From a virus (lineage: Duplodnaviria > Caudoviricetes), in the IMG/VR virus record IMGVR_UViG_2890910346_000001: 64,000 nt of DNA. One strand, written 5' to 3'. The notes beneath the pieces are model-generated. The model saw only the letters and a list, made by a program, of their open reading frames with translations. It made no database searches and was not told where the DNA came from. Made by a program: the position numbers and the translations under genes. Shown piece by piece: positions 1-11,047 of the stretch (the first letter of the stretch is position 1; each line of letters starts with the position of its first letter).

Positions 1-142
1 TCTGAAAAATATGGATTAATATCTTCTTTCTCAATTTGATTTAAAAAGCTTTGAATTGCTTCATCTTCCGTGGTATATAAATGCGCATTTTTTTTCATGA
101 ATTGATCTAATCTTTTAAAAATATCCATTTTATATCAACCTT

Positions 143-1138
<996 letters not shown>

Positions 1139-1203
1139 TTATAATCTCCTAAAACTTGGAATATTCTTTTATTATACGAGAAAATATAGTGTAATACAAA
1201 CAA

Positions 1204-2316
1204 TTATATATCTAAAACAATTCTTTCAATTTTCTTTTGTTCCAAACCACTGACAGAAACGCCAATCAATCGAATGTTTTTATCCAAATCTCCATATTCT
1301 TCCCATAATTCTATTGCTTTTTGAAATAAAAAGTCCTCATTTTCTACCATTTTATCTAATTTTTGTTGACGTGTAATGGTTTCAAAATCTGTATACCGAA
1401 TTTTAAGTGTTACAATGTTTCCACGTAAGTCTTTTACTTGTAGTTGCTTACTAACAGACTTGGCTAGTTTGCGAATAGCTATTTGGACTTCATTTTCTGT
1501 TGAAATTTCTGGATAAAAAGTGTTCTCTCTACCTAATGATTTACGCTTTCTATTTGATTTAACGGGACTATTATCGATACCATTTGCACGTTGCAATAAT
1601 GAAAATCCTGATTTCCCAAATTGCTGTAATAAACGTGTAGCATCTATTTCTAAAATATCTTTTCCTTTAAAAATACCTTGTTCATGCAGTTTTTCAACAG
1701 ATTTTTTTCCAACACCATAAAATTTTTCAATGGGTAACTCATTTAAAAAACTTTGTGCTTCCTCAGGTGTAATGGTTGTTAACCCTGACGGTTTTTGATA
1801 GTCACTAGCAATTTTTGCTAAAAATTTGTTATACGAAACACCTGCTGAACAAGTCAAATGTAATTCTTCCCATATATCTTTTTGAATACACTTAGCAATA
1901 TATATCGCACTTTTATACCCTTTTTTATTCTCTGTTACGTCTAAAAACGCCTCATCAAGAGAAAGCGGTTCTATTTTGTCGGTATATCGTTTAAAAATCT
2001 CTCGAATTTGTTGAGAAACAGAGGCATATAATGTCATATTCCCTTTAATAAAAACAGCGTTTGGACATAATTCATAAGCTTTTTGAGAAGACATGGCGGA
2101 ATGAATACCATATTGTCTAGCGATATAATTACACGTGGAAACAATCCCTCTACCATTTGTTTCTTTTGGATGCTGAGCAATAACAACAGGTTTATTTTTT
2201 AAACTAGGATTTTCTCGAATCTCAACAGACGCATAAAATGCATCCATATCAATATGAATAATTTTTCTTGATACATCATGATGAAAATGATTAAAAGATA
2301 AAACACCAATTTGCAT
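1204..2316 (-). CDS. dinB: DNA polymerase IV (Y family)
   Basis: IIHIDMDAFYASVE, STCNYIAR and SLDEAFLD motifs. Confidence 0.96.
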   Translation of the reverse strand: MQIGVLSFNHFHHDVSRKIIHIDMDAFYASVEIRENPSLKNKPVVIAQHPKETNGRGIVSTCNYIARQYGIHSAMSSQKAYELCPNAVFIKGNMTLYASVSQQIREIFKRYTDKIEPLSLDEAFLDVTENKKGYKSAIYIAKCIQKDIWEELHLTCSAGVSYNKFLAKIASDYQKPSGLTTITPEEAQSFLNELPIEKFYGVGKKSVEKLHEQGIFKGKDILEIDATRLLQQFGKSGFSLLQRANGIDNSPVKSNRKRKSLGRENTFYPEISTENEVQIAIRKLAKSVSKQLQVKDLRGNIVTLKIRYTDFETITRQQKLDKMVENEDFLFQKAIELWEEYGDLDKNIRLIGVSVSGLEQKKIERIVLDI

Positions 2317-2370
2317 AATGTCACCTCACTAACATCATACATTAAAAGTTTACTTTTTGTCAACTTTTAA

Positions 2371-3045
2371 TTATGGTATTATCCATTTTTTAACGACCTT
2401 TTTTTGATATTTTGCTGTTGTTTCAACCTCTTTTTCAACTATTTTATCTTCCATAGATTTTGGAATGTGATATTTGATGAAAAAAATACTAGATTGATTG
2501 ATAAAGCCGATATTTTCAAAATTTTTATCCGTCAACGTGTATTGTATCCCCTCACGTTTTGCCTCTTGTATATTATCATCTATGGCACCATAATGATGCG
2601 TCACAGAGAGTTGTTGTCCAGCTATATCAAAATAATAAAATAGATCATCTTTTCCTAAATACTCAACAACTTCTTCTACTGTATTCGCATCATACAAGCC
2701 AATATTTTCGAATGTATCTTTCATATATTCTTGTGAAGCTTGTTTTAATTCTGGATAACTATATGCTTCTCCAGAAAAAAGCAATAATTTGTATTCACGC
2801 ACAGCTGCGTTAACATATTTTTCTTTTTTAGAAATCTCTTCGTATGTTTTGAAACCTGTATAAATATACACACTTGTTCCAATTAAAAACAATAAAGTAA
2901 CAAGATTTAAATACTTAGCCCACCGCTTTTCTCTAATATATATTAAACATGGTATCCATATCAATAGTACAGCAGACATGATACAAATGAGAAATGGCAT
3001 TGTTTCGTACATAAATGTTTCCATTTTCACAAAATGTTCAAACAT
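2371..3045 (-). CDS. Hypothetical membrane protein with two N-terminal TM segments
   Basis: 224-aa ORF, aggagg RBS upstream, two hydrophobic stretches near the N-terminus; family not recognised. Confidence 0.7.
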   Translation of the reverse strand: MFEHFVKMETFMYETMPFLICIMSAVLLIWIPCLIYIREKRWAKYLNLVTLLFLIGTSVYIYTGFKTYEEISKKEKYVNAAVREYKLLLFSGEAYSYPELKQASQEYMKDTFENIGLYDANTVEEVVEYLGKDDLFYYFDIAGQQLSVTHHYGAIDDNIQEAKREGIQYTLTDKNFENIGFINQSSIFFIKYHIPKSMEDKIVEKEVETTAKYQKKVVKKWIIP

Positions 3046-3113
3046 AGTATTTCCTCCTTTTTTCTAAATTCTAATCCTTTTTTCATTAAAAGTAAATATA
3101 AACATATTCACTA

Positions 3114-3163
3114 GCTCTTCGTTCAATCGTGTTGGTGGGAGTAAGCCATCAACACGATTGAAC
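3114..3163. repeat. Palindromic element resembling an ISL3 terminal repeat
   Basis: gttcaatcgtgttg...caacacgattgaac inverted repeat; near-identical core aatcgtgttggtggga...caacacgatt at 63859-63895. Confidence 0.6.
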
Positions 3164-3171
3164 AGACAATC

Positions 3172-3220
3172 AAAAAAGCTTTAAATCAACTTGTTAGGCA
3201 TGTTGATTTAAAGCTTTTTT
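3172..3220 (-). terminator. Intrinsic terminator after cshA
   Basis: 19-bp perfect inverted repeat aaaaaagctttaaatcaac / gttgatttaaagctttttt. Confidence 0.85.
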
Positions 3221-3242
3221 AACTTTATTTTTATAGACTTAT

Positions 3243-4769
3243 TTATTTTTTACGAATTGTAAATCCTTTGTCGCGTCTGCCGTCTTTTGATTTTCTGTCG
3301 TAGCGGTCTGTTCTATCTTGTTTACGATCATTGTATCGACTGCCACCTTTATCATCACGTCTATCACGGTAACGTCTATTTCCACCTTTTTCATGGTTTC
3401 TATCATTGTAACGGCGGTTTCCACCGTCACGTCTTGTTTGACGTTTACGCATTGGTAATGGTTTTTCAGGTGTAATATTAACAGGAATTTCTTCTTTATC
3501 GCGTGCTAATGTTTTCATTAAAACTGTTGCCAATTCTGTTGGTGTATATTTACTCAACAATACATTCACAGCAGATTCAAAATCAGATAATTCAACATCA
3601 GAAATCATTTGATCAACTTGGTCTAACGCAACACGTAGTTGTCCCTCGAACGCTTCTTGACTAGTTGGTGGACGTAAAGGTGTCATACGTTTTCTTGTTA
3701 AGTCCTCAATCGTTCTTAAATAATCCATTTCATGTGGTGTTACAAGTGTTACAGACATACCTTCTTTACCGGCACGTCCTGTTCTTCCAATACGGTGTAC
3801 ATAGCTTTCTGGATCTTGTGGTACATCATAATTATACACATGTGTGACACCTGAAATATCTAGTCCACGCGCTGCAACGTCTGTGGCTACTAAAATATCT
3901 AATTTACCACTCTTGAATGCACGTAAAACACTCATACGTTTTTGTTGAGATAAATCTCCATGAATCCCTTCAGCTTTATATCCTCTAGCCTCTAGTCCAC
4001 TAGCTAACTCATCAACACGGCGTTTTGTACGACCAAAAATAATGGTTAATTCTGGAGATTGTACATCAAATAAACGTGTCATAATATCAAATTTTTCATT
4101 TTCTTTACATTTCACAAAATATTGATCAATTAAATTAGCTGTCATTTCTTTTGTTTTAATGCGTACATGTTCTGGAGACTTCATGAAAGTCACACCAATA
4201 CGTTTAATTGCTTCTGGCATTGTTGCAGAAAATAATAGTGTTTGTCTAGTTTCTGGTGTTAATTGAATAATGCTTTCAATATCTTCCAAAAATCCCATGT
4301 TCAACATTTCATCTGCTTCGTCTAAAACCAATGTTTCGATATGACTTAATGAAATGGTTTTGCGTTTAATGTGGTCTAATAAACGTCCAGGTGTTCCAAC
4401 TAAAATATGCGGCACATCTTTTAACTGCTTAATCTGACGACCAATATCACTGCCTCCGTATACAACATTCACTCTAACACGTTTGTCTTTACTTAAACGG
4501 AATAACTCTTCTTGTGTTTGAATAGCTAATTCACGTGTTGGGGCAATGACTAATCCTTGAATGACACGATGAGAAGTGTCAATTTTTTCAAGCATTGGTA
4601 ACCCAAATGATGCTGTTTTTCCTGTTCCTGTTTGTGCTTGGCCAATAACATCAGCACCAGATAATGCCAACGGAATCGTTTGTTCTTGGATAGGAGTAGC
4701 CTCCTCAAATCCCATATTTTTAATGGATTTTAAAAGGATATCACTTAATCCTAATTCTGAAAATTTCAT
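3243..4769 (-). CDS. cshA: DEAD-box RNA helicase CshA
   Basis: [21 protein letters not shown] and HRIGRTGR motifs; R/D-rich C-terminal tail. Confidence 0.95.
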   Translation of the reverse strand: MKFSELGLSDILLKSIKNMGFEEATPIQEQTIPLALSGADVIGQAQTGTGKTASFGLPMLEKIDTSHRVIQGLVIAPTRELAIQTQEELFRLSKDKRVRVNVVYGGSDIGRQIKQLKDVPHILVGTPGRLLDHIKRKTISLSHIETLVLDEADEMLNMGFLEDIESIIQLTPETRQTLLFSATMPEAIKRIGVTFMKSPEHVRIKTKEMTANLIDQYFVKCKENEKFDIMTRLFDVQSPELTIIFGRTKRRVDELASGLEARGYKAEGIHGDLSQQKRMSVLRAFKSGKLDILVATDVAARGLDISGVTHVYNYDVPQDPESYVHRIGRTGRAGKEGMSVTLVTPHEMDYLRTIEDLTRKRMTPLRPPTSQEAFEGQLRVALDQVDQMISDVELSDFESAVNVLLSKYTPTELATVLMKTLARDKEEIPVNITPEKPLPMRKRQTRRDGGNRRYNDRNHEKGGNRRYRDRRDDKGGSRYNDRKQDRTDRYDRKSKDGRRDKGFTIRKK

Positions 4770-4951
4770 ATATTACCTCTCTCTTTTTTAAATAGAGAGT
4801 TTTTCTTGTTTGAAACGCTCTTCACGTAAAAAAATGGCTCGGTACAGACCAAGCCTTTATCTAAAAACTTAAAACTCTCTTTTGTTCCTATAACAGTATA
4901 ACACAAATCACCTAATAAGCAACTAATATGTTTTCAAACATTTTCTGAAAA

Positions 4952-5836
4952 TCAATATTTTCCGTACCAGGTCGGCGTTGTTTGTGTAAATCCTTTGAAA
5001 TAATCATAAATTGTTTCGGCTAGTTGATACATCATTGTCATATCTTCTTTTTTCCCAAAATGATATGCCCAATACAAATTACCAATACAAGATTCAGCAG
5101 CATACACACTTAAAATCGGAAAAAAATCATCAGGAATTCGACCATGAAAATACCCATCAATAATACCTGTTTGAAAAGCAGCACTTTTTTCCACATTAAA
5201 CGCAAACGGTTTAAACTCATCATAAGGATCTCCATACTCACTTCTGTCCCAATCAATGACATGAATATGTTGACCGTCATATATCATATTTCCCACATGA
5301 AAATCACCATGTTCAATTTTGATGGGCCGTTGCTTCATCAAAAATATATTCGATTGAAGATGATCAACAAACGTATCAAAATGGTTTACTTTTATATCAA
5401 TGCTATTCGCATTTTTTAGTTTATTATCTACTTTTTGTTGATAATAGTCCAAAAAATGACATTGAACATCGACAGATATACCGTGTATTTCTGTCAAATA
5501 TTGTCCGCACTCTATCCCTAATGCATATTGCTGTTTTATAGGTAGTGAATGTATGACATTTCTTAAAATAACACCTTGTTTCCATTCAAAGAGTAAAAAA
5601 TCAGTTGTATCTGTTAAAGAACCATAATCAACTAAATGAGAAATATAGGGATTTTTTATAGCCTTTATTTTTTCTAACAAAGGCATTTGATTAGATACTT
5701 TATCGGTAGAGACAAGGCGCAAAAGAAATTCTTTCCCGTCTTTATCTTTGATATAAAATTTTTTGTCTACCGAATACCCTTTCTGAATTGGTGTTATTGC
5801 TTGAATAGAAGCATAAAACGGTAGCCTATCAAACAT
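4952..5836 (-). CDS. Aminoglycoside phosphotransferase / choline-kinase-like family protein
   Basis: HGDFHVGN and IDWD kinase motifs; start chosen at MFDRL (5836) after aggagg RBS. Confidence 0.8.
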   Translation of the reverse strand: MFDRLPFYASIQAITPIQKGYSVDKKFYIKDKDGKEFLLRLVSTDKVSNQMPLLEKIKAIKNPYISHLVDYGSLTDTTDFLLFEWKQGVILRNVIHSLPIKQQYALGIECGQYLTEIHGISVDVQCHFLDYYQQKVDNKLKNANSIDIKVNHFDTFVDHLQSNIFLMKQRPIKIEHGDFHVGNMIYDGQHIHVIDWDRSEYGDPYDEFKPFAFNVEKSAAFQTGIIDGYFHGRIPDDFFPILSVYAAESCIGNLYWAYHFGKKEDMTMMYQLAETIYDYFKGFTQTTPTWYGKY

Positions 5837-5837
5837 T

Positions 5838-6659
5838 TTATACCTCCTGTTCCAAAGCGTATAGCTCAATCGCTTTGGCAACGCCGTCTTGTTCATTTGT
5901 ATCTGTAATATGTGTAGCAATTGCTTTAACATTTTCTGTAGCATTTCCCATAGCAACACTCACTCCTGCATATGCAAGCATTTCTAAATCATTATTTGCA
6001 TCTCCAATTGCCATAATCTCTTCTCGTTTAATATTTAAACTATTGGCTAATTTCTCTAACGCCGTGGCTTTTGTTGCTCCTTTTGGCATTGTTTCAAAAA
6101 TATAAGATTGACTTCGTACAACACTAAAATGTTCTGATAACTCTTTTTCATATTTTTCTTGGAATATATCTAGTCTTTCGGGGGCAGCGAGAAACATGCC
6201 TTGGAACATCGTATATTCGCCACTAATTGCTTCATCAATAGATAAAAATTGAGGTTCTAAAAAGACAAGTGAGGCATCTTTTTTCACTTGTTCTTGAGGC
6301 TCTTCATCAACACAAAAATAATGTTCCTCATCAAATAGTGTAAATTGTACATCTTTATTTTCATGATTGATACGATTTAAATACAACATATCATTTTTTG
6401 TTAATTGGTGCCAACTCACCAATGACCAATCTGATGTATGATGTGTGGAACAACCATTGTTTAATATGGCATACTCATCTTGTTTCAATCCTATTTTTTC
6501 ATAAATCGGCTTTACTCCAGACAATGCTCGTCCTGTACAAATTACAATTTTTATACCTTTTTCAACGGCTTTATGAAGCATTTCAATTTGTGGTTTAGTC
6601 ACTTCTTTTGCTTCATTCAAAAGTGTGCCGTCCATATCTATTGCTATTAGTTTTATCAT
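5838..6659 (-). CDS. Cof-type HAD-IIB hydrolase; its 5' end is the integration target
   Basis: IAIDMDGTLL, CTGR, KATAL and IGDANND motifs. Confidence 0.93.
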   Translation of the reverse strand: MIKLIAIDMDGTLLNEAKEVTKPQIEMLHKAVEKGIKIVICTGRALSGVKPIYEKIGLKQDEYAILNNGCSTHHTSDWSLVSWHQLTKNDMLYLNRINHENKDVQFTLFDEEHYFCVDEEPQEQVKKDASLVFLEPQFLSIDEAISGEYTMFQGMFLAAPERLDIFQEKYEKELSEHFSVVRSQSYIFETMPKGATKATALEKLANSLNIKREEIMAIGDANNDLEMLAYAGVSVAMGNATENVKAIATHITDTNEQDGVAKAIELYALEQEV

Positions 6660-6674
6660 ACAATTTCTCCTTTT
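6637..6674. repeat. Left att junction (38-bp direct repeat)
   Basis: tctattgctattagttttatcatacaatttctcctttt is identical to 61077-61114; covers Cof RBS and first codons. Confidence 0.9.
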
Positions 6675-6680
6675 TTCATG

Positions 6681-6735
6681 CTAGGGGTGTGCAACCGCCC
6701 AAAAGGGTGTGCAAATGGCTCTAGGGGTGTGCAAC
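6681..6735. repeat. Three GGGTGTGCAA copies in the Cof leader
   Basis: ctaggggtgtgcaac at 6681 and 6721, aagggtgtgcaaa at 6703. Confidence 0.85.
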
Positions 6736-6795
6736 TTTTAACGATTTGATTTTTCCATATTATTATAACATTTTTTATTGGTTTTCTTCCAATAA
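6736..6795 (-). promoter_or_regulatory. Probable Cof promoter region, duplicated at 61261-61319
   Basis: About 59-bp near-identical block (1 substitution, 1 indel) containing TATAAT on the minus strand. Confidence 0.7.
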
Positions 6796-6823
6796 AAAAA
6801 TACCCTACCTCCATGGCAGGGTG
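6794..6823 (-). terminator. Terminator of the recombinase operon
   Basis: accctgcc/ggtagggt stem followed by a T-run on the minus strand. Confidence 0.75.
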
Positions 6824-6852
6824 AATCATTATTCGCGAGTCATGTCATTTTC

Positions 6853-8418
6853 TCATCGATACAAAATTTTTCCATCAGTAAAGTGAATGGTGATTCTCTT
6901 GTCTGTTTCGATAACGATTTTCTCTATTAGTATATTAAACAGTGTTGGATTGAACTCCCTAATTAGGGTGTCCTGTTTTCCAATAATGTCAATACACGAT
7001 TTTAAGTTTTGAATACGAATATGATAGTTGACCAACTCTTCCTTTTTCTCTTCAAGTAACAATTCTAGTTTTTCATATGTTTTAACCAATTTATCGTATA
7101 TCTTTTGATAATTACTTTGGTCTTGTGCTAATTTTGAATTGGTGTAAACTAAATTTTCAACTTCGTCTTGTACAACAGTCAATTTATTGTTCAAAGTATT
7201 GATTTCATCTTTTAATGTCATATTACTCTCCAATTGATGAACTAAAATACCTAAATTATCAATAATCTCTTCTTTATTCGCAATTTGCTGATTTAAAGCA
7301 TCAACAATCCATTCTTGAATGTCTTCATCTGTTACATGTGGTGTTTGACATTTATTCTTATCTTTATACTTATGGCTACATCTATAAATGTGTCTTTTAT
7401 ACTTACTATTAGAATGCCATATATATCGACAATACTTATTTCCACAACAACCACACTCTATTTTTGAAAAATAATTCTTTTCTGTTGCCCACTTTGTGTT
7501 ATGTCTTAGTTGTACTTGCACCATATCAAAGATTTCTTTATCAATAATGGCTTCATGACTATTCTCAACATAATATTGTGGCAACTCTCCTTCATTTTTC
7601 TTCTGCTGCTTATTTAGAAAATCAACGCTATAGTATTTTTGAAGAAGTGCATCACCTTTATATTTTTCATTTTGTAAAATACTTTTCACGCTGCCATACG
7701 ACCATTTCTCTTTACCAGCTGGAGTCTTTATATTTTTTTCAGTTAATTCTCTTGCGATTTGATTGGGATTTTTCCCTTTTAAAAATAAACTGAAGATGTA
7801 TTCTACAATTCTAGCTTCATCCTTATCGACTTCAAACCCACCATCTTCACTTTGTTTAAAACCTAAAACCGTTGAATAAGAAAATGTCACTTTTCCTTCT
7901 GCTGCATTTTTACGTTTTGCCCACTTGACGTTTTCTGAAATACTTCTACTTTCTTCTTGGGCAATAGAAGACATAATGGTAATCAGTAGTTCGCCCTTTG
8001 AATCAAATGTCCATATATTTTCTTTTTCAAAATAAATTTCTACACCCTTGTCTTTCAATTGACGAACTGTCGATAACGAATCAACGGTATTTCTTGCAAA
8101 TCGTGAAACTGATTTCGTAATGATTAAATCAATTTTACCATCCATTGCGTCAGATACCATTTCTTGAAATCCTAATCGTTTTTTAGTAGTTGTTCCGCTA
8201 ATCCCTTCATCCGAATACATCTTCACAAATTCCCAATCTGACCGACTGTTGATATACGATTCATAATAATTCATTTGTGTTTCGTAAGACGATGCTTGGT
8301 CTTCTAAGTCCGTTGATACCCTCGCATAACCAGCAACTTTTCGTTTATGAACACTCGGTAATTTAGACTGATTGCTTAATCGTTTATCTGCTTCAATGGT
8401 AATAATTTTTTTAGTCAT
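6853..8418 (-). CDS. Large serine recombinase, full length with Zn ribbon and coiled coil
   Basis: YARVST, SRFARN catalytic motifs; recombinase domain; CGCCG...CSHK...C Zn ribbon. Confidence 0.95.
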   Translation of the reverse strand: MTKKIITIEADKRLSNQSKLPSVHKRKVAGYARVSTDLEDQASSYETQMNYYESYINSRSDWEFVKMYSDEGISGTTTKKRLGFQEMVSDAMDGKIDLIITKSVSRFARNTVDSLSTVRQLKDKGVEIYFEKENIWTFDSKGELLITIMSSIAQEESRSISENVKWAKRKNAAEGKVTFSYSTVLGFKQSEDGGFEVDKDEARIVEYIFSLFLKGKNPNQIARELTEKNIKTPAGKEKWSYGSVKSILQNEKYKGDALLQKYYSVDFLNKQQKKNEGELPQYYVENSHEAIIDKEIFDMVQVQLRHNTKWATEKNYFSKIECGCCGNKYCRYIWHSNSKYKRHIYRCSHKYKDKNKCQTPHVTDEDIQEWIVDALNQQIANKEEIIDNLGILVHQLESNMTLKDEINTLNNKLTVVQDEVENLVYTNSKLAQDQSNYQKIYDKLVKTYEKLELLLEEKKEELVNYHIRIQNLKSCIDIIGKQDTLIREFNPTLFNILIEKIVIETDKRITIHFTDGKILYR

Positions 8419-9313
8419 TCTTTTTTCCTTTCCTTAGATTGTTTTTCTGTTTTAATTCTTGTACCTTTTCAAAAATAGATTTGGCAACAATTGGTTCGTG
8501 TGCAGCTTCAACAATATATTTATTTAAAGCTCCTTCATTTGGTATAGATCGGCTTTTACCTCTCCGTCTATACGTCTTTTGTAAAATGAGAATACCTGTA
8601 TAAGCTTCTTGATTTAATATGTTATGGATGATGGATCGTGTGAATGAGTTTCCTTTTCGTGTTGTAAAACCATCTTCATTTAATCGATTGGCTATTTTTG
8701 ATGGCGTTATCCCTGAAATATAATCATCATATATTTTTCTAACTAACATTGCCTCGGATTCGTATATGTCATAGTGATCGTCTTTCCATCTATAACCTAG
8801 AATAGGTTGCGGATTATGGGGTATTCCTTGTTCAAATTTCTTTCTAACTTTCCATCTGATATTACTACTAATTTGATTTGACTCTTCTTCTGCTAAAGTT
8901 GCCAATAATGTAATCAGTAATTCGCCATCTGTCGTTAAGGTATCAATACTTTCTTTTTCAAATCGAACACTAATACCTAGTTGCTTTAATTCCCTTATAG
9001 TTTCTAATAGTTCGATAGTGTTTCGTCCAAACCTTGAAATAGATTTTGTGAGGATCATATCAACTTTTCCATGCCGACAATCATCGAGTAACTTTAAATA
9101 ATTTTTTCGATTTTTTATTTGTTTGCCACTAACCACATCATCAGAGTAAACACCTACATACTCCCAATCAGGATGATTTTGAATCAATTGATTGTAATAA
9201 GATACTTGATTGGAGAGTGAATTTAGTAAATGATGATGAGATACTCGTGTATACGCTGCAACTTTTAACTTTTCTCGTTTTGGTAGTGCAGATAATTGCT
9301 TAATAACTTTCAT
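8411..9313 (-). CDS. Second serine recombinase, lacking the Zn-ribbon/coiled-coil region
   Basis: AYTRVS, SRFGRN motifs plus recombinase domain; start at MKVIK after aggagg. Confidence 0.9.
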   Translation of the reverse strand: MKVIKQLSALPKREKLKVAAYTRVSHHHLLNSLSNQVSYYNQLIQNHPDWEYVGVYSDDVVSGKQIKNRKNYLKLLDDCRHGKVDMILTKSISRFGRNTIELLETIRELKQLGISVRFEKESIDTLTTDGELLITLLATLAEEESNQISSNIRWKVRKKFEQGIPHNPQPILGYRWKDDHYDIYESEAMLVRKIYDDYISGITPSKIANRLNEDGFTTRKGNSFTRSIIHNILNQEAYTGILILQKTYRRRGKSRSIPNEGALNKYIVEAAHEPIVAKSIFEKVQELKQKNNLRKGKKND

Positions 9314-9336
9314 TGTATCCTCCTTTTTGTTATGAC

Positions 9337-9369
9337 TATATATCACTCTGAAACGTTTATTTATCAAGT
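9337..9369 (-). promoter_or_regulatory. Repeated phage promoter motif, copy 1 of 4
   Basis: acTTGATAaataaacgtttcaGAGTGATATATAGT; matches 28535, 28986 and 29478. Confidence 0.75.
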
Positions 9370-9524
9370 ATTAGGATCAATAATTTACCTAGTTTTGGCT
9401 CATATTTTTTAATCATTTTTTCTTTAAAAAGCTCATATTCTTCCGCTGTAATAAGATTATTTTTAATTAAATTATCAACAAGGGTCATTGTGATTTGAAA
9501 GGTTAATTCATTGTTTTTATTCAT
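9357..9524 (-). CDS. Small SHOCT-like protein (55 aa), not in the ORF track
   Basis: Manual translation MNKNNELTFQITMTLVDNLIKNNLITAEEYELFKEKMIKKYEPKLG...; overlaps the upstream stop. Confidence 0.75.
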   Translation of the reverse strand: MNKNNELTFQITMTLVDNLIKNNLITAEEYELFKEKMIKKYEPKLGKLLILILDK

Positions 9525-9906
9525 TATGTCCTCCAAATCTATCGTTTATGTAGCACTGATGTGAACAATACACTCTTTTTTTATTGGCGTAAGATTTAAA
9601 TGATTCACCACATTTTTTACAGGTATGCGTAGTGTATGATTTCCGATTCACTTTATCTAAGTTCTTATTCCACCACTTCATACGACACGTATCACTACAA
9701 AACTGTTTCACTTTTTTGCCTTGTTTTTGAATAAGTGCTTCACCACAACCTTTACATCTATGACCATCATTTACCTTAACTTTCTCAATCCCTTCACGTC
9801 TACATACTGATTTAACCGTATTGACAGATATAGCTAGTAAACTCGCAATCTTTTTATAACCTAATCCATTTCTTCTTAATCGTATAATGTCATCTTTGTG
9901 AGTCAT
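9517..9906 (-). CDS. HTH plus Cys-rich Zn-finger protein of the recombinase module
   Basis: GLGYKKIASLLAISVNTVKS HTH; CKGC..FCSDTC and CKKC..YCSHQC; RBS ggaggt. Confidence 0.8.
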   Translation of the reverse strand: MTHKDDIIRLRRNGLGYKKIASLLAISVNTVKSVCRREGIEKVKVNDGHRCKGCGEALIQKQGKKVKQFCSDTCRMKWWNKNLDKVNRKSYTTHTCKKCGESFKSYANKKRVYCSHQCYINDRFGGHNE

Positions 9907-9929
9907 TTTCTCTACCTCCAGTAGATAAA

Positions 9930-9955
9930 GGACAAAAAGCGAGGTTCTAAGTACC
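9930..9955 (-). promoter_or_regulatory. GTACTT-N15-GTCC motif, putative phage sigma-factor promoter
   Basis: Same motif and spacing at 39804-39828 and 44131-44155. Confidence 0.7.
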
Positions 9956-10020
9956 AAAATTTATCCTGTCTACATCTCAGGCAACAAAAATAAATAAAAA
10001 ATTAACCTTTAAAATAAAAA

Positions 10021-10058
10021 AAAGACCTACCTAAGCATCACTACTTAGATAGGCTTTC
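10021..10058 (-). terminator. Terminator after the lysin gene
   Basis: cctacctaag...cttagatagg hairpin next to an A-run (T-run on the minus strand). Confidence 0.7.
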
Positions 10059-10060
10059 TA

Positions 10061-11047
10061 CTATAATAGTTCATTTACTTTTTGTTGGACTTGATGATAA
10101 TCGTATCCAGCTTGCGTTAAACGATTCTTTCTCTCTTGTCCGTTGCCCCATTGACCGTTAATGACTTCTCTAGCTACTTCATCAATAGATTTTAGTTTTG
10201 GGGTTGGTTGTCCACTTAACAATTCATTCACTTTTGCTTGTACTTGATTATAGTCATACCCCGCATTAGTCAATGTCGTTTTGCGACTAGCACCATTCCC
10301 CCACTTACCGTTCAATACTTCTGTTGCCACTTCATCGATTGATTTCAATGTAGGCTTAGATGTTGATGGTTTGCCCAACAAGACATTCACTCGTTCTTGG
10401 ACTTGCAAAGGATCATATCCAGAAGCACGTAACTTTTGTTTGCGTTCCTCTCCATTTCCAAAACGTCCGTTAATGACTTGTCGTGCCACATCATCAAGAT
10501 TCGTATAGGTTTGTTGAACAGGTGTCGATAACTGCCCACTTAATCGCTTATTCACTTCAGTCGCAATATAGGGGAACTTGCTACCAAGATAAGGTCCTGG
10601 ACAGTTCGTATTCGCAAACCATTCATGCTTCGTCAAATTACCACTTGTATCACCTGTATAATTGAGTGACGGAATGCCGTTACGCTGACAAATATCCACA
10701 CATAATTGAATAGTTTTTTCTAAAGCCACATCACTCACATGCCAGTTACCACCATACTCATCATTGGCCACTTCAATCGTAATCGCTCGGTTGTCATTGG
10801 CTGCACTTGACGAGCACCACGAACGATTATGTTCCTCAACATACATACCGACTCTACCACTGGAATCGACCCCATAATTCGAACTTGCTTGTCTTGACAC
10901 TGGCGCAAATACATTCCCACACGTTTCAACCGATAGATTACCTGCCATGTGATGAATGGTAATCGTATCAATGGTATGATTGCGTTGCCCACTATGATTT
11001 GGGCTTAATTTGACATAATTGACTAATGGACTATTACTCATGTTCAT
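10061..11047 (-). CDS. Endolysin: Amidase_2 domain plus three Cpl-7 (CW_7) repeats
   Basis: ITIHHMAG, AITIEVAN, HEWFANTNCPG; three xDxVAxxVINGxWGNG...GYD repeats. Confidence 0.92.
   Translation of the reverse strand: MNMSNSPLVNYVKLSPNHSGQRNHTIDTITIHHMAGNLSVETCGNVFAPVSRQASSNYGVDSSGRVGMYVEEHNRSWCSSSAANDNRAITIEVANDEYGGNWHVSDVALEKTIQLCVDICQRNGIPSLNYTGDTSGNLTKHEWFANTNCPGPYLGSKFPYIATEVNKRLSGQLSTPVQQTYTNLDDVARQVINGRFGNGEERKQKLRASGYDPLQVQERVNVLLGKPSTSKPTLKSIDEVATEVLNGKWGNGASRKTTLTNAGYDYNQVQAKVNELLSGQPTPKLKSIDEVAREVINGQWGNGQERKNRLTQAGYDYHQVQQKVNELL

Noticed and set aside
4952-5959. APH-family gene as an antibiotic-resistance determinant, and its longer ORF-track start
   Set aside because: It has only generic kinase motifs, sits in a core operon with Cof outside the element, and the extension to 5959 overlaps Cof without an RBS.
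6681-6735. GGGTGTGCAA repeats as a mini CRISPR array
   Set aside because: Repeats are 10-15 bp with spacers of about 10 bp, and no cas genes are present. DUF2800 is a phage exonuclease in a replication context.
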